From: Gammaproteobacteria bacterium
Lineage (GTDB): Bacteria; Pseudomonadota; Gammaproteobacteria; CBDBNL01; JAAOII01
DNA length: 64,000 nucleotides
NCBI GenBank assembly: GCA_965209035.1
Contig: OZ242372.1
Location: 1,024,001 to 1,088,000 of the forward strand
Direction: 5' to 3'
Positions 19,265-30,185 of this stretch are shown in pieces. The position numbers were made by a program, and so were the translations under genes. Numbering within the stretch: the first letter of the stretch is position 1; every line of letters starts with the position of its first letter. The notes under the pieces were generated by a model, which saw only the letters and a program-made list of their open reading frames with translations, ran no database searches and was not told the DNA's origin.

Positions 19265-22195
19265 ATGCAAAACTTCATTCGTATTTTGGGTGCGCGCACG
19301 CACAACTTGAAGAACATTCATGTGGAGATCCCGCGCAACCGCCTGGTGGTGATTACCGGTCCTTCCGGCTCCGGCAAGTCCTCGCTTGCGTTTGACACCA
19401 TTTATGCCGAAGGGCAGCGGCGCTATGCGGAATCTCTTTCCGCATATGCGCGTCAGTTTCTTTCCGTGATGGAAAAGCCGGATGTGGACGCCATTGAGGG
19501 GCTCTCGCCGGCAATCGCCATTCAACAAAAAGCATCTTCCCACAATCCGCGCTCCACGGTCGGCACGGTAACCGAAATTTACGATTACCTGCGTCTGCTG
19601 TATGCGCGCGTCGGCACCGCCTATTGCCCGCATCACGACCTGCCGTTGGAGGCGCGCACCCTGGCCGAGATGACGGATGCAATTTTGGAGATGCCCGCAG
19701 GCACGCGCATCTCCGTTCTGGCACCGGTGATTCGCGATCGCAAGGGCGAATACCATGCCCTGCTTCGCAACCTGCAACGCCAAGGATTTATCAGAGTGCG
19801 CGTCAACGGCGACATCATGGAAATTGACGATGTTCCCGCGCTGGATAAAAACAAAAAACACACCATAGAGGTTGTGGTTGACAGACTAGGTGTGCGGCAA
19901 GACGCGGCCCTGCGCATTGCCGAATCGCTGGAAACCGCGTTGCACCTTAGCGACGGCCTGGTCACGATTACGCCGACGGAAAAGAGCGGCCCCGACAAAA
20001 AACATAGCACAAAAACTGGCAAAAAAGATGACAACACCACTGCCAACAAAAGCGCCGATAAAGCGGCCGCGAACACAAAAGAAATGGTTTTCTCGGCGAG
20101 ATTTTCTTGCCCGTCCTGCGACTATACCATCCCGGAGATGGAGCCGCGCATGTTCTCGTTCAACAACCCGCAAGGGGCATGCCCGGAATGTCAGGGGCTT
20201 GGAAATCGCCCTTACTTTGACCCGCAGCGTCTGGTGCGCGCGGAACTTTCCCTTGCCGAAGGAGCCATTCGCGGTTGGGGCCCGCAAAATCCTTACTACT
20301 ATCGGATCATAGAAAGCGTGGCGGACCATTACGCCATCTCCAAAACCAAAACCTACTCGCAACTGACCAAGAAACAGAAAGATCTTTTAATGCACGGCAG
20401 CGGGCGGGAAGCGCTGACCATAAGGCACGAATCGCGCTTCGGGGAAAGAACTCGGCGGCGTCCGTTTGAAGGGGTCGTCGGCAACCTAACCCGAAGATAT
20501 CGGGAAACCGATTCGCCGATCATTCACGAGGAACTGAAAAAGTTTATGAGTATCTCGCGCTGCCCGGCTTGCGGCGGCTCTCGCTTGGGCGAGGCGGCGC
20601 GCAGTGTGCGCTTAAAGGGAGTCAAGAACAGCAGTTTGCCGGAAATCAGCGATCTCTCCATTGAAAAATGCCTGGCTTTTTTTGAGTCCCTGAATCTTAA
20701 GGGAAAAAGAAAGGAGGTGGCGGACAAAATACTGCGAGAGGTGCGCAGCCGGCTCAGTTTTCTGGCGAATGTCGGACTGGGCTACTTGAACCTGCACAGA
20801 AACGCCGAAAGCCTGTCCGGCGGCGAAGCACAGCGAATTCGTCTTGCCAGCCAAATCGGCTCCGGCCTAACCGGTGTCCTGTATGTTTTGGACGAACCGT
20901 CCATCGGCCTGCACCAAAGAGATAACCGCCGTCTGCTGGACACGCTGAAGAATCTGCGCGACCTGGGAAATTGCGTTCTCGTGGTGGAACATGACCTGGA
21001 AACGATTGAAGAAGCCGAACACATCATTGACATAGGGCCGGGGGCCGGCATTCACGGCGGCCGCGTTGTCGCCGAGGGGACGGCAGCCGAACTCCGCAAA
21101 GCAAAGAATTCGCTGACGGGTGACTATCTTGCCGGCCGGCGAGCCATAGAAGTGCCGGCAAAACGGGTAACCTACGACAAGAACAAAGTGGTGAACCTGT
21201 GCGGGGCCCGCGGCAACAACCTTAAAAAAGTCAACCTTGAAATTCCCGCGGGTCTTTTCACTTGTATCACAGGCGTTTCCGGCTCGGGCAAATCCACTTT
21301 GATCAACCAAACGCTCTATCCCCTGCTCGCCCAAAAACTGAACAAGGCATTTTCGGAAGAACCCGGACCGCACGATTCAGTCACCGGGTTGCAACATCTG
21401 GACAAGGTCATCAATATCAATCAAAGCCCCATCGGCCGCACTCCCAGATCCAACCCGGTGACCTACACGGGCATCTTTTCCCACATTCGGGAGATTTTTG
21501 CCGCCACGGCAGAAAGCCGGGCGAGGGGCTACGCGCCCGGCAGATTCAGTTTTAATGTTCGCGGCGGCAGATGCGAAGCCTGCGAAGGCGACGGCCTCAT
21601 CAAAGTGGAAATGCACTTTCTTTCCGACCTGTATGTGGCTTGCGATCAATGCGGCGGCAAACGCTACAACCGCGAGACCCTGGAAGTGAAATACAAAAAC
21701 AAATCCATTTATGATGTTTTGGAAATGACCGTGGAAGAAGCCCTGGAGTTTTTTAGCGCAATCCCGCAGATTGCCAAACGACTTCAGGTGCTGATGGATG
21801 TGGGCCTGAGTTACATCAAACTCGGGCACAGTGCCCCGCTGTTATCCGGCGGCGAAGCCCAGCGCATTAAACTTTCCAAGGAACTCAGTCGCGTTGCCAC
21901 CGGCAAAACTCTTTACCTGTTGGACGAGCCAACCACCGGGTTGCACTTTCACGACATTCGCCAACTCCTTGCCGTCCTGCACAGGCTCAGAAATATGGGC
22001 AACACCATAGTGGTTATTGAACACAACCTGGATGTGATCAAGACCGCCGACTGGGTGGTGGATATGGGACCCGAAGGCGGCCAAGGCGGCGGCAAGATCA
22101 TTGCCGTCGGCACACCCGAAGATCTGGCACAAATCAAAGATTCCCAAACGGGAATGTTCCTGCAAAAATGCTTGCAACACAAGACCGCTTCTTGA
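19265..22195 (+). CDS. uvrA: Excinuclease ABC subunit A
   Basis: GARTHNLKN, two Walker A motifs ([18 protein letters not shown]), zinc fingers, LSGGEAQRI twice, LDEP. Confidence 0.98.
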   Translation: MQNFIRILGARTHNLKNIHVEIPRNRLVVITGPSGSGKSSLAFDTIYAEGQRRYAESLSAYARQFLSVMEKPDVDAIEGLSPAIAIQQKASSHNPRSTVGTVTEIYDYLRLLYARVGTAYCPHHDLPLEARTLAEMTDAILEMPAGTRISVLAPVIRDRKGEYHALLRNLQRQGFIRVRVNGDIMEIDDVPALDKNKKHTIEVVVDRLGVRQDAALRIAESLETALHLSDGLVTITPTEKSGPDKKHSTKTGKKDDNTTANKSADKAAANTKEMVFSARFSCPSCDYTIPEMEPRMFSFNNPQGACPECQGLGNRPYFDPQRLVRAELSLAEGAIRGWGPQNPYYYRIIESVADHYAISKTKTYSQLTKKQKDLLMHGSGREALTIRHESRFGERTRRRPFEGVVGNLTRRYRETDSPIIHEELKKFMSISRCPACGGSRLGEAARSVRLKGVKNSSLPEISDLSIEKCLAFFESLNLKGKRKEVADKILREVRSRLSFLANVGLGYLNLHRNAESLSGGEAQRIRLASQIGSGLTGVLYVLDEPSIGLHQRDNRRLLDTLKNLRDLGNCVLVVEHDLETIEEAEHIIDIGPGAGIHGGRVVAEGTAAELRKAKNSLTGDYLAGRRAIEVPAKRVTYDKNKVVNLCGARGNNLKKVNLEIPAGLFTCITGVSGSGKSTLINQTLYPLLAQKLNKAFSEEPGPHDSVTGLQHLDKVININQSPIGRTPRSNPVTYTGIFSHIREIFAATAESRARGYAPGRFSFNVRGGRCEACEGDGLIKVEMHFLSDLYVACDQCGGKRYNRETLEVKYKNKSIYDVLEMTVEEALEFFSAIPQIAKRLQVLMDVGLSYIKLGHSAPLLSGGEAQRIKLSKELSRVATGKTLYLLDEPTTGLHFHDIRQLLAVLHRLRNMGNTIVVIEHNLDVIKTADWVVDMGPEGGQGGGKIIAVGTPEDLAQIKDSQTGMFLQKCLQHKTAS

Positions 22196-22273
22196 GTCAC
22201 CTCTGCGCAAACCGGAAGACGGAGACTGGGAATCTAAAAAAATAAACCACACCAACGCATCAACGCGAAAATA

Positions 22274-22870
22274 TTGAACCGACCGACCGAACTTGTTGCC
22301 GCTTTAAAGAACGGCGAGATGATCCTTCTTTTGGACGACAACGAGCGTGAAAACGAAGGAGACCTGATCGCGCTGGCACGGCACATCACCCCGCGGGCGA
22401 TCAATTTCATGGCAACCGAAGCGCGCGGACTGATCTGCCTGGCATTGTCTCCCGCATGGTGCGATCGCTTGCGTCTGACTCAAATGGTGCCGGCATCGGA
22501 AAACACCTCACCGCACCATACACAATTCACCGTCTCGGTGGAAGCCCGCCGGGGTGTTACCACGGGCATCTCGGCGGCCGACCGGGCACACACCATTCGC
22601 ACCGCGGTTTCGCCGGCTGCGGTGGCGGAGGATCTGGCGCGGCCGGGACACATCTTCCCGATTCGCGGTCACGCGGACGGACTGAGAGGACGCCGCGGAC
22701 ACACGGAAGGCGCTTTGGAATTGTCGCTTCGGGCGGGGGACAAGCCGGCTGCGGCGGTGATGGTGGAAGTGATGCATGCGGACGGGACCATGGCCAGAAA
22801 AGCGGACTTGGAAAAATTTTCCGCCCGACACAAGATCCGCATGGGAAGCGTGGCATCTCTGGTAAAATAA
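22274..22870 (+). CDS. ribB: 3,4-dihydroxy-2-butanone-4-phosphate synthase
   Basis: [38 protein letters not shown]; TTG start. Confidence 0.95.
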   Translation: MNRPTELVAALKNGEMILLLDDNERENEGDLIALARHITPRAINFMATEARGLICLALSPAWCDRLRLTQMVPASENTSPHHTQFTVSVEARRGVTTGISAADRAHTIRTAVSPAAVAEDLARPGHIFPIRGHADGLRGRRGHTEGALELSLRAGDKPAAAVMVEVMHADGTMARKADLEKFSARHKIRMGSVASLVK

Positions 22871-22896
22871 AAGGGAAATAAAAGGGAGATAAAAGG

Positions 22897-23379
22897 ATGG
22901 AACCGAAAGAAAAAATCTTAGTCTACAAAGTGATTCTCTATGCCGCTCTGTTCCCCGGCAATGTCGCAATCGTCATCCCCGCCGTCTTGGCATGGCTCGA
23001 TCCGGGGGCCTACAACATCGGTTTTTTTGTTTCTATCGGCGGCGTCTGCCTGGCAGTCGGGCTGGTCATCCTCGGTCATTGCATTTACCAGTTTTGGCGG
23101 CGCGGGCGCGGCACTCTCGCCCCGTGGGATGCCCCGGCAAAGACTGTAACCGGCGGCCTGTATCGTTATTCGCGCAACCCGATGTATGTGGGAGTGTACC
23201 TGATGATTTTCGGGTGGAGTCTGCTGCTCAATTCCCCGCTGGTTCTCCTGTGGCTTTTGTTTTTTGTGCTCGCTTCGGGTGCGTTTGTCATTCTCCAAGA
23301 GGAACCGGCGTTGGAGAACCGGCACGGCAAGGAATGGCTTGAATACAAGGCCAAGGTGCCGCGCCGTTTTTTGTTTTAA
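22897..23379 (+). CDS. Isoprenylcysteine carboxylmethyltransferase/PEMT-family membrane protein
   Basis: GTLAPW, GLYRYSRNPMYVG, EEPAL..G..W.EY...VPR. Confidence 0.88.
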   Translation: MEPKEKILVYKVILYAALFPGNVAIVIPAVLAWLDPGAYNIGFFVSIGGVCLAVGLVILGHCIYQFWRRGRGTLAPWDAPAKTVTGGLYRYSRNPMYVGVYLMIFGWSLLLNSPLVLLWLLFFVLASGAFVILQEEPALENRHGKEWLEYKAKVPRRFLF

Positions 23380-23473
23380 GTTCCGGAAATTAGATACAAT
23401 TTATCCTCGGTTATATCCGGTTATATCCGGTTATATATTGTGCTTCCGGCGTCCCGGTCTTAAGATGGACCGG

Positions 23474-23992
23474 TTATGAAGCCAATAAAGAAATTTCGCT
23501 AACTCCAAGCCGGATACACATCGCAACATTCGAAACATCAAAAATGAAGGGCAATTCGGACATTCTTCTTTTCTCTCTCAAAAAATAATAAACTTTATCT
23601 AACGGCATTAGAATATCGGCAGCCAACTTATTTGCTTCTACCTCTTGTAATGTGGTTAGTTTACTGCGATATAAAACATCGTCTTTTACCCCATCCCCGA
23701 TAAATGGTTCGTGTAACAGAAGATGCGCTAATTCATGGGCTGCGGTAAATCTCCTCCGCCTAAGATTTTCTTTATTGTTTAATGCTATTTCATATTTTCC
23801 TTCATCGCTTATTTTTCTTATCCAACCGGAAATGTTATTGGGCATCTCTTTGGAATATACCCTTTCCACACCAAAGAGTTTGGATAATTGATTTACCAAG
23901 TATGGAGGTCCGTGTTTTTCTTGGAAATCATGGATAATTTTTTGTTTATCCTGACTCAAAGAGTACCCTTTATTAAAGTTCCGCATCTTCAC
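23474..23992 (-). CDS. ImmA/IrrE-family metallopeptidase
   Basis: RRRFTAAHELAH (HExxH), EVEANKLAADILMP, FDVS..A..RL. Confidence 0.88.
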   Translation of the reverse strand: MKMRNFNKGYSLSQDKQKIIHDFQEKHGPPYLVNQLSKLFGVERVYSKEMPNNISGWIRKISDEGKYEIALNNKENLRRRRFTAAHELAHLLLHEPFIGDGVKDDVLYRSKLTTLQEVEANKLAADILMPLDKVYYFLREKRRMSELPFIFDVSNVAMCIRLGVSEISLLAS

Positions 23993-24151
23993 TCTTCTTG
24001 AAATGTTCTTCTTTTTTATTTGGGGAAGATTATATGCGATTTTCTAAAAAAACATACTGAGTGCTTAACAGCCTGCGCCGGATACTTGCGGATGTCTGTG
24101 TCTTCGTACTTGTGGTGCTTTCTTTTAAGATAAGAGCATCTCGTGCTCGTT

Positions 24152-24421
24152 TTAATCCTTAAACTCCCAGCCCATTTCTTCATAAATCTTTTTTAACTTG
24201 GGTTTTTCGCGCTCGTATCTCGCCATAGCACGCTGATACCATTTTGCCCTGGCGATCAAACAATAACAAAGCACATATAAACCCACTACCGGAATAGCCA
24301 CGATAAACATCACCAAAAAAAGTGGCACCGCATAGCCGATAATAACAAGAATCGGTACAAAGAATATAAAGATGAATACCGCCTTACTGACGCCGGCACC
24401 GATGAGTATTAGTTTTTTCAT
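24152..24421 (-). CDS. Hypothetical small membrane protein
   Basis: AAGGA upstream; two hydrophobic segments followed by a charged tail. Confidence 0.5.
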   Translation of the reverse strand: MKKLILIGAGVSKAVFIFIFFVPILVIIGYAVPLFLVMFIVAIPVVGLYVLCYCLIARAKWYQRAMARYEREKPKLKKIYEEMGWEFKD

Positions 24422-24469
24422 AATCTTTATTCCTTTTCTATACTCATATTATACCATTTTGGCGGGTGT

Positions 24470-24760
24470 CGGCAGCGGTCACCCGGCTGCTGATTGCAAG
24501 TTTCCGATGAAGGCAACACTCCGGCGGGGGATGGCAGCAGCGGTCGTCCGGCTGCTGATTGCAAGGGTAAGGACGTGGCAGGGCGCGACTCTCTTTTAGA
24601 GTTTTTTTAAGGCTTCTTTATTCGGAGCAGCCGAGTGGATCCGGCGACGGGGGCAGACTGCGACTCTCTTTTAGGGTTTTTTTAAAGCTTCTTTATTCGG
24701 AGCAGCCGAGTGGATCCGACGACGGGGGCAGACTGCGGATCTTTTTGTGCTTCTTTATTC
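24470..24760. repeat. Nested imperfect direct repeats (~31 bp x2; ~75 bp x2) downstream of the methyltransferase
   Basis: CGGCTGCTGATTGCAAG twice; GCGACTCTCTTTTAG..GGGGCAGACTGCG twice; GCTTCTTTATTC three times, the last containing the MTase stop. Confidence 0.8.
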
Positions 24761-25648
24761 TTTTTTGGACGCGGCGTACTTGACTCTGTTTTCCAACAGG
24801 GCCGTCTGAGAAGATGCGTCCGGCGATGCATCGCCTTCCAAGTCATCCCCGGCATCGGCTCTTTCGTCGGTAAACAGTCGGTATTTTTTCATCACCCGGT
24901 TGCCGTTTTTCAATCTGTCCAATATCATCTTGTGATAACGAGAATTAATTTCACATGACAGATACCGCCGGTCGTGTTTTTTGGCGGACAAAATTTCCGA
25001 ACCGCTGCCGCCAAAAAGAATAAACGCACTGTCCTTCGGCTTGGTAGATGCCAGCAACAGAAGTTCAAACAACGGCACCGGAATTTGGCAGGCATGAAAA
25101 GTTTTGTCTTTGGAGACATTTTTTACCAAATCAAAGTAAAACCACGAATAGGGCATTCTGCCTTTGTGTCCCTCTTGCATGCGTTGCATGATGCGCTTGT
25201 CCTTAAGGTTTTGATAGGGCAGCACAACCTGCTCCTTGTAAAAACGATTGTTCGGCGTCTTGGTGGCATGCAAAACGGATCTGTGTGCGGTGGTAAATCG
25301 CTTGTTACTGTGTCCGACATTTGTGTTGTAAATCCAGACATAATCTTGTACCATTTCGGCCGCCTCATCCAGAAAACCCACTCGCAGATAAGCGTTTTGC
25401 TTCGGGTAATTGATAAAGAACAGATTCCCTTCGGGCTTAAGAACGCGCAGACTCTCTTCTGCCAGTGCAATATACCAGTCAATGTATTTTTTCCAACTTT
25501 GGGTATAACGCGTCCCCGCATAGTTAATGCCGACATTGTAATCCGGGTCGCCATATACCATATCCACCGAGCCATCGGGCAACTCGCGCAGCACCTCCAG
25601 CACATCGCGCCGATGCACCTTGTTGATATGTTCTTGTTGTAAGGTCAT
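24755..25648 (-). CDS. DNA methyltransferase (beta class) with atypical DPDY motif IV
   Basis: VDMVYGDPDYN, RVLKPEG, HACQIP, motif I FILFGGSGS; ATG at 25648 preferred over the upstream TTG at 25693. Confidence 0.8.
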   Translation of the reverse strand: MTLQQEHINKVHRRDVLEVLRELPDGSVDMVYGDPDYNVGINYAGTRYTQSWKKYIDWYIALAEESLRVLKPEGNLFFINYPKQNAYLRVGFLDEAAEMVQDYVWIYNTNVGHSNKRFTTAHRSVLHATKTPNNRFYKEQVVLPYQNLKDKRIMQRMQEGHKGRMPYSWFYFDLVKNVSKDKTFHACQIPVPLFELLLLASTKPKDSAFILFGGSGSEILSAKKHDRRYLSCEINSRYHKMILDRLKNGNRVMKKYRLFTDERADAGDDLEGDASPDASSQTALLENRVKYAASKKE

Positions 25649-25810
25649 GCTTTCTTTTCTGTCAACCGATACTCCCGCGCCTTTTTCAAACAAACGGAAC
25701 CTATGTCCGCATCATCGTCAAATGCATACAAGTACATTCTTAATAGGACGGCATCGGTCATCTGTTTTCTAAGTAAATAACAGCATTGAATGCCCTTAAT
25801 CTCTTTTTGC

Positions 25811-26584
25811 TTACTTGTTAGTTTTTGATATTCGGCGAGAAGCCGACCGTAAAAGACGAATACTGTTATAATCGTCCGGGTTATCAAACCCAAACTCCCA
25901 AAAAGAATATTGATCGTCTCTCTTTTCAAAAAAAAAGACGCGAATTTTCTTGTTGACAACAGACGACCAATATCTATACGGATAGAATAATTGGCGAATA
26001 ATTGTATTGCTTGTTTTACTGTTTTTTGCTTCCACCAGAACAACTTGTTTCTTTCCCTCATAGCCGGCATCTACTTCAGTTTGGACGCTGCCTACCTCAA
26101 TGCGTTGTTTGTTTACAAAAAAGTTAAATCCCGAAGAAGTATATTTACGACCTCTTATACTTAGAACCAACGAATCATCTTCACAGAAGGTTCTAACCAA
26201 ACTGGAAGCATAAGCAATGTCCAGATGTTGCATTTCCGAGTTTCCGATATTTGCCGTTTCAGATTCAAAGTTCAATACGGAAACATACTTTCCCGGTTCC
26301 TCTTTTATTTCCGGTATATCCACATACCCTTCTCCTTGCACCAAAGCATAATAGCCGTTTTTCACCGGTAAAATAAACAGATTCTGACGAACAAAAACTT
26401 CGGGTCTGGCTTCCCTCGTGTCTTGTTTGCACAAAACTCGCACTTCCCTTTGGCTGGTCTTTAAAAAATTCTTGGTTGCTTTTTTGATGTCCTCGGCTGA
26501 TAACAAAAAAGGACAACGAGAAAAATCATGTTGATTAATTTTGTATTTCTTAAATATGGCATACCAGGCATCATTATCTGCCAT
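25811..26584 (-). CDS. Putative type II restriction endonuclease (PD-(D/E)xK)
   Basis: QTEVDAGYEG....VLVEAKN...IRQLFYP; lies between two MTases; AT-rich. Confidence 0.7.
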   Translation of the reverse strand: MADNDAWYAIFKKYKINQHDFSRCPFLLSAEDIKKATKNFLKTSQREVRVLCKQDTREARPEVFVRQNLFILPVKNGYYALVQGEGYVDIPEIKEEPGKYVSVLNFESETANIGNSEMQHLDIAYASSLVRTFCEDDSLVLSIRGRKYTSSGFNFFVNKQRIEVGSVQTEVDAGYEGKKQVVLVEAKNSKTSNTIIRQLFYPYRYWSSVVNKKIRVFFFEKRDDQYSFWEFGFDNPDDYNSIRLLRSASRRISKTNK

Positions 26585-26692
26585 TTGGATAACTCAAATT
26601 TCTGAAATAGTTTCTCACAACCTGTCTCTGCCCACATGGCTTCGATAAATCACGCGCTACCCTATAAAACATACATCGGTAAAAAATACCTA

Positions 26693-27565
26693 TCATAATA
26701 ATTGTTCGGTCTGATGATACGAACCCGCCCCGGCAGATGCCTGTCCCAGCCGCTTGAGCGTCAGCTCCAAGTACTCGGGTTCAATATCCATTCCAATGTA
26801 CTTGCGGTTACCCGCAAGTTGGCCGGCAAGGGCGGTCGTGCCGCTGCCGTTAAACGGATCCAAAATGGTGTCGCCCTCCTTGGTGGAAGATAAAACAATC
26901 CGCTTAAGCAACGCCAGCGGCTTTTGTGTCGGATGCTTGCCGTGTGTTTTTTCCGACGCAGCCGGAGTGGGTATGGACCAAACGGAGCGCATTTGTTTTT
27001 CTGGTTTCTTAATGAAATCCTCCGGGAAGGTGCCGCTTTTCATATCCCGATAATTAAAGACACTGCGGACGGCCTTGGTCTTTCTTGCCCATAGCAGCGT
27101 CTCATGACTATGGGCAAAGGTTGTGCAACTCAAGTTCGGTGCGGCGTTGGGTTTAAACCAAGCAATATCATTAAGTAAATGAAACCCTGTTTTGAGTAGC
27201 AGATAACCGCACTGGTAAATACTGTGATAGGTGCCGCTGATCCAAATTGTTCCGGATTCGCGCAACAGGCGACGGCAGGCAAGAATCCACTGTTCGTGAA
27301 ACTCGGTATCCCGGGCAAAGCCCTCGCTCTTGTCCCATCTCCCTTTGTTCACACTGACACGCTTACCGGCATGACAGGTCACACCGTCATTGGAAAGTTT
27401 GTAGGGCGGGTCAACAAAAATCATGTCCGCACAGCCCGCGGGTAATTGCTCCGCCACTGCCAAAGCATCACCCAAATACAAAGTGCAATTCGGCGAACGA
27501 AACCAAGGATTTAACGGAGTTATTTCTTCTCTTGCGGCGGTCACCGCATTGCCTTGCTTCAACAT
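26693..27565 (-). CDS. N6-adenine DNA methyltransferase, DpnA/M2.DpnII-like (beta class)
   Basis: DPPYKLSNDG, VSVNKGRWD, WISGTYH, KQMRSVW, GKHPTQKP, LDPFNGSGTT. Confidence 0.9.
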   Translation of the reverse strand: MLKQGNAVTAAREEITPLNPWFRSPNCTLYLGDALAVAEQLPAGCADMIFVDPPYKLSNDGVTCHAGKRVSVNKGRWDKSEGFARDTEFHEQWILACRRLLRESGTIWISGTYHSIYQCGYLLLKTGFHLLNDIAWFKPNAAPNLSCTTFAHSHETLLWARKTKAVRSVFNYRDMKSGTFPEDFIKKPEKQMRSVWSIPTPAASEKTHGKHPTQKPLALLKRIVLSSTKEGDTILDPFNGSGTTALAGQLAGNRKYIGMDIEPEYLELTLKRLGQASAGAGSYHQTEQLL

Positions 27566-27989
27566 GCTTTTATGCTCCCTTTTTTATTTCTACTCAATCT
27601 GTTGCCTAGTCGATCCTCTTCAAAATCATTTCTACCCGCTCTCAACATATCTGTTATTATAGGCGGAACGGGGACTGACTCCATATTCGGAAGCCTTGGC
27701 GGCGGCGATGACAGCCCCCGGAAACTTCGGAAACTGTGAACCTACCCCGAGCAACATTTAATAAGTCAAGAATTATCGCCGAAACAATAACTCACTTTTC
27801 TTAAGTTGAAGATCCGATTTTTGAACGAGTACCACTTGAAAAATCTGCGGCATCGCCCGCCCTGTTAACCGTTTGGATATAGGCAGTCTTTTGTAATTGG
27901 GCAGAATTCTTATGCCACTTACGAAGCGGCGAAAAAACCAAAACCAACAAAAAGTAGCGATTAGATATCCCCGCGGAATCCGAGATCAT

Positions 27990-28436
27990 TCATAAGATTC
28001 TTTTAAGCCATTTTATTGCACGTTTAAGAATGGTGATGTCATCATCCATCATCCCCATGCTTGAATTACATTGCCGGCAGACCCATCCTCTTATCTCACC
28101 GGTCTTATGGTCGTGATCTATCACAACATCGTTTGTGTATTGACGGGTGATCGTTTTCTGGCACACCGGACAATAAAATTTTTTGCCAATTGCCGGGCGA
28201 GGATGTTGCTTTTCGTATTCTGTCTTTCTCTTTCTTGATATCGGTTTTTTTATTTTTCGGCATTCTATACAATCACCGCGACGAGATATTCTGCCGCTGA
28301 TTGTTCTTTGATTCTTTTGAAATTCAAAAATAGATTTCCTTTTTTGACAAAGCCGACAGATTTTTGTTTTTCCCAAACAGTCTGCACAGTATTTTTCGAC
28401 CGTATTGTTTATTCCGCATTCTATACATTTGCTCAC
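27990..28436 (-). CDS. HNH (beta-beta-alpha-Me) endonuclease, Hpy99I/endonuclease VII-like
   Basis: KICRLC..F..NQ..R..C.EC, CPVC, IDHDHKTG.IRGWVC..CN..MG. Confidence 0.8.
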   Translation of the reverse strand: MSKCIECGINNTVEKYCADCLGKTKICRLCQKRKSIFEFQKNQRTISGRISRRGDCIECRKIKKPISRKRKTEYEKQHPRPAIGKKFYCPVCQKTITRQYTNDVVIDHDHKTGEIRGWVCRQCNSSMGMMDDDITILKRAIKWLKRIL

Positions 28437-28467
28437 TTGTTACCGCGAGCCCCATTTTCACAATGCT

Positions 28468-29280
28468 TCACAATAGAGTGGGAAGAGGAAGGGAGTCTTC
28501 TTGAAAAGTTTCTCGCAATCGCTTATTGGCAATTGCAACATACCTATCATATATTTCACTTCCAACAAAATTGCGGCCGGTTAATATTGCCATCTTAGCG
28601 GTGGTTCCGCTTCCCATAAATGGGTCGTACACAATCTCACCCACATTGCTCCACGATAAGATATGATCTTTTGCCAATTCTTCCGGAAATATCGCAGGAT
28701 GACCGTATGCAATAGAATCACTGGCAGAATGACCCTTGCCAATGTTATATTGCCACACATTGGTGCGCCTCCCTGTCTTGTCATATCCCTTTCTAATCAC
28801 CTGTTTCAATTCTCCGCCAAATAATCTTTTATTACTAACATCGCCGTCCCGGCTGTCTTTATTTTCTCGGTCTCTTATAAGATTAATTGTTTTGGGTTTC
28901 CCTTTGGAAAGGACGAACATATACTCAAAGCTTTGCCAGTATGTCCGATTGTCCCCGCAAGCGCCGCGCGGCGGCTTAAGGTAAATCATCGTATCAAAGA
29001 GATTAAATCCTACCCGCTTAAAATACAAAGCCTGGCGAAAAGAAGTTCCGCTTTCATCCCCCTCTTTTGTTTGATCATTGACTATCCAAACCAGGACACC
29101 GCCCAATTTCAAGACGCGATGCAATTCCTTTGCAATTGATGTGAATTGTGAAAAAGTGTTCCCGGAATACTTCCGCATATTATCATAAGGCGGTGAGGTG
29201 ATCATCATATCAATGGAACTTGTTTCAAACCTCTGCATTGTCTTAAGACAATCTTCGTTATAAATGTGATTAATTTTCAT
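28468..29280 (-). CDS. N4-cytosine-type DNA methyltransferase (beta class)
   Basis: ITSPPY, RVLK.GG, HPAIFP, YDPFMGSGTT. Confidence 0.9.
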   Translation of the reverse strand: MKINHIYNEDCLKTMQRFETSSIDMMITSPPYDNMRKYSGNTFSQFTSIAKELHRVLKLGGVLVWIVNDQTKEGDESGTSFRQALYFKRVGFNLFDTMIYLKPPRGACGDNRTYWQSFEYMFVLSKGKPKTINLIRDRENKDSRDGDVSNKRLFGGELKQVIRKGYDKTGRRTNVWQYNIGKGHSASDSIAYGHPAIFPEELAKDHILSWSNVGEIVYDPFMGSGTTAKMAILTGRNFVGSEIYDRYVAIANKRLRETFQEDSLPLPTLL

Positions 29281-29396
29281 TAATTTTCATTGTCTGTTAC
29301 TCCAATACTTCTATCATACAAACATATTACCTTAATTTTGTAGTTCTAAAATTTTAATGCCAAACGCATTAATAGACAGGGAATTATAATCCGCTT

Positions 29397-30185
29397 TTAA
29401 GATTTGTTATCCGTTTTTGTATCAAAACGCAGAAAGTAAGCATCAAGTTCGGGCCTCACCCTCACGCCCGCTTCTTCAAAACATTCAAGTAAAAATTCAT
29501 AGACACTTTCTCCCGCCAAAAAATCCCACAGGTCTTCGCCGACTTTCAATTCATGCTCCAAGTCCAACATCCCTTTCATCGTCCAACGGCGATAAGGGTT
29601 CGGAGCCTCGGGGTTATAGGGAATGGCAACAAGGCTGTGCACCTTGGCATCCGGCTCCCGGGCAAGAAACACGGCAATCCATTCCAACAGGGTGCGTTTA
29701 TATGCCAGGAAGCTGCTTTTATTCGGCTTGGCTGTCTTCAAATCTATTAGAAAAATTTCGTCTTTCTTTAAGTAGATATCAACCCTCGGGGTGCTAATAC
29801 TTTTCATTTCTCCTTGACGACAAACCGAACGAATTCTTTCTGTTTCCGGGAGTTTGTCGGGTTCCGCCTGCCCCACCGTGAGGGAGTTGATAATAGCCTG
29901 AATTTCGTCTTGCGCTTTCTTGCTGATCCGGTTCGGCATATTAAATTGTTTTTCGGCAATTGGAAATTTCTTGCGCGCCAGATAAATTGCCACCGGCTCA
30001 AAAATAGTTGTTCCAAAGTTTGTATTGAGCGAGTGAATAAACGAATACAACGCTAACCTCTGTTTTCCAAGAAGCCGGGTGTGAAACGGCATTTGTGCCG
30101 GCTCGGGATTATGATTTTGCAGTTTTTGACGAATACTGTCGCATATGAGATTGGTGATCGCCGCTTTGTCTTTGTCCGAAGGCAT
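29397..30185 (-). CDS. Type II restriction endonuclease, TdeIII/MjaII-like
   Basis: MPFHTRLLG..SFIHSLNTNFGTTIFEPVA, VDIYL..IDLKTAKPN, AIPYNP, LWDFLAG; coupled to the upstream MTase. Confidence 0.82.
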   Translation of the reverse strand: MPSDKDKAAITNLICDSIRQKLQNHNPEPAQMPFHTRLLGKQRLALYSFIHSLNTNFGTTIFEPVAIYLARKKFPIAEKQFNMPNRISKKAQDEIQAIINSLTVGQAEPDKLPETERIRSVCRQGEMKSISTPRVDIYLKKDEIFLIDLKTAKPNKSSFLAYKRTLLEWIAVFLAREPDAKVHSLVAIPYNPEAPNPYRRWTMKGMLDLEHELKVGEDLWDFLAGESVYEFLLECFEEAGVRVRPELDAYFLRFDTKTDNKS

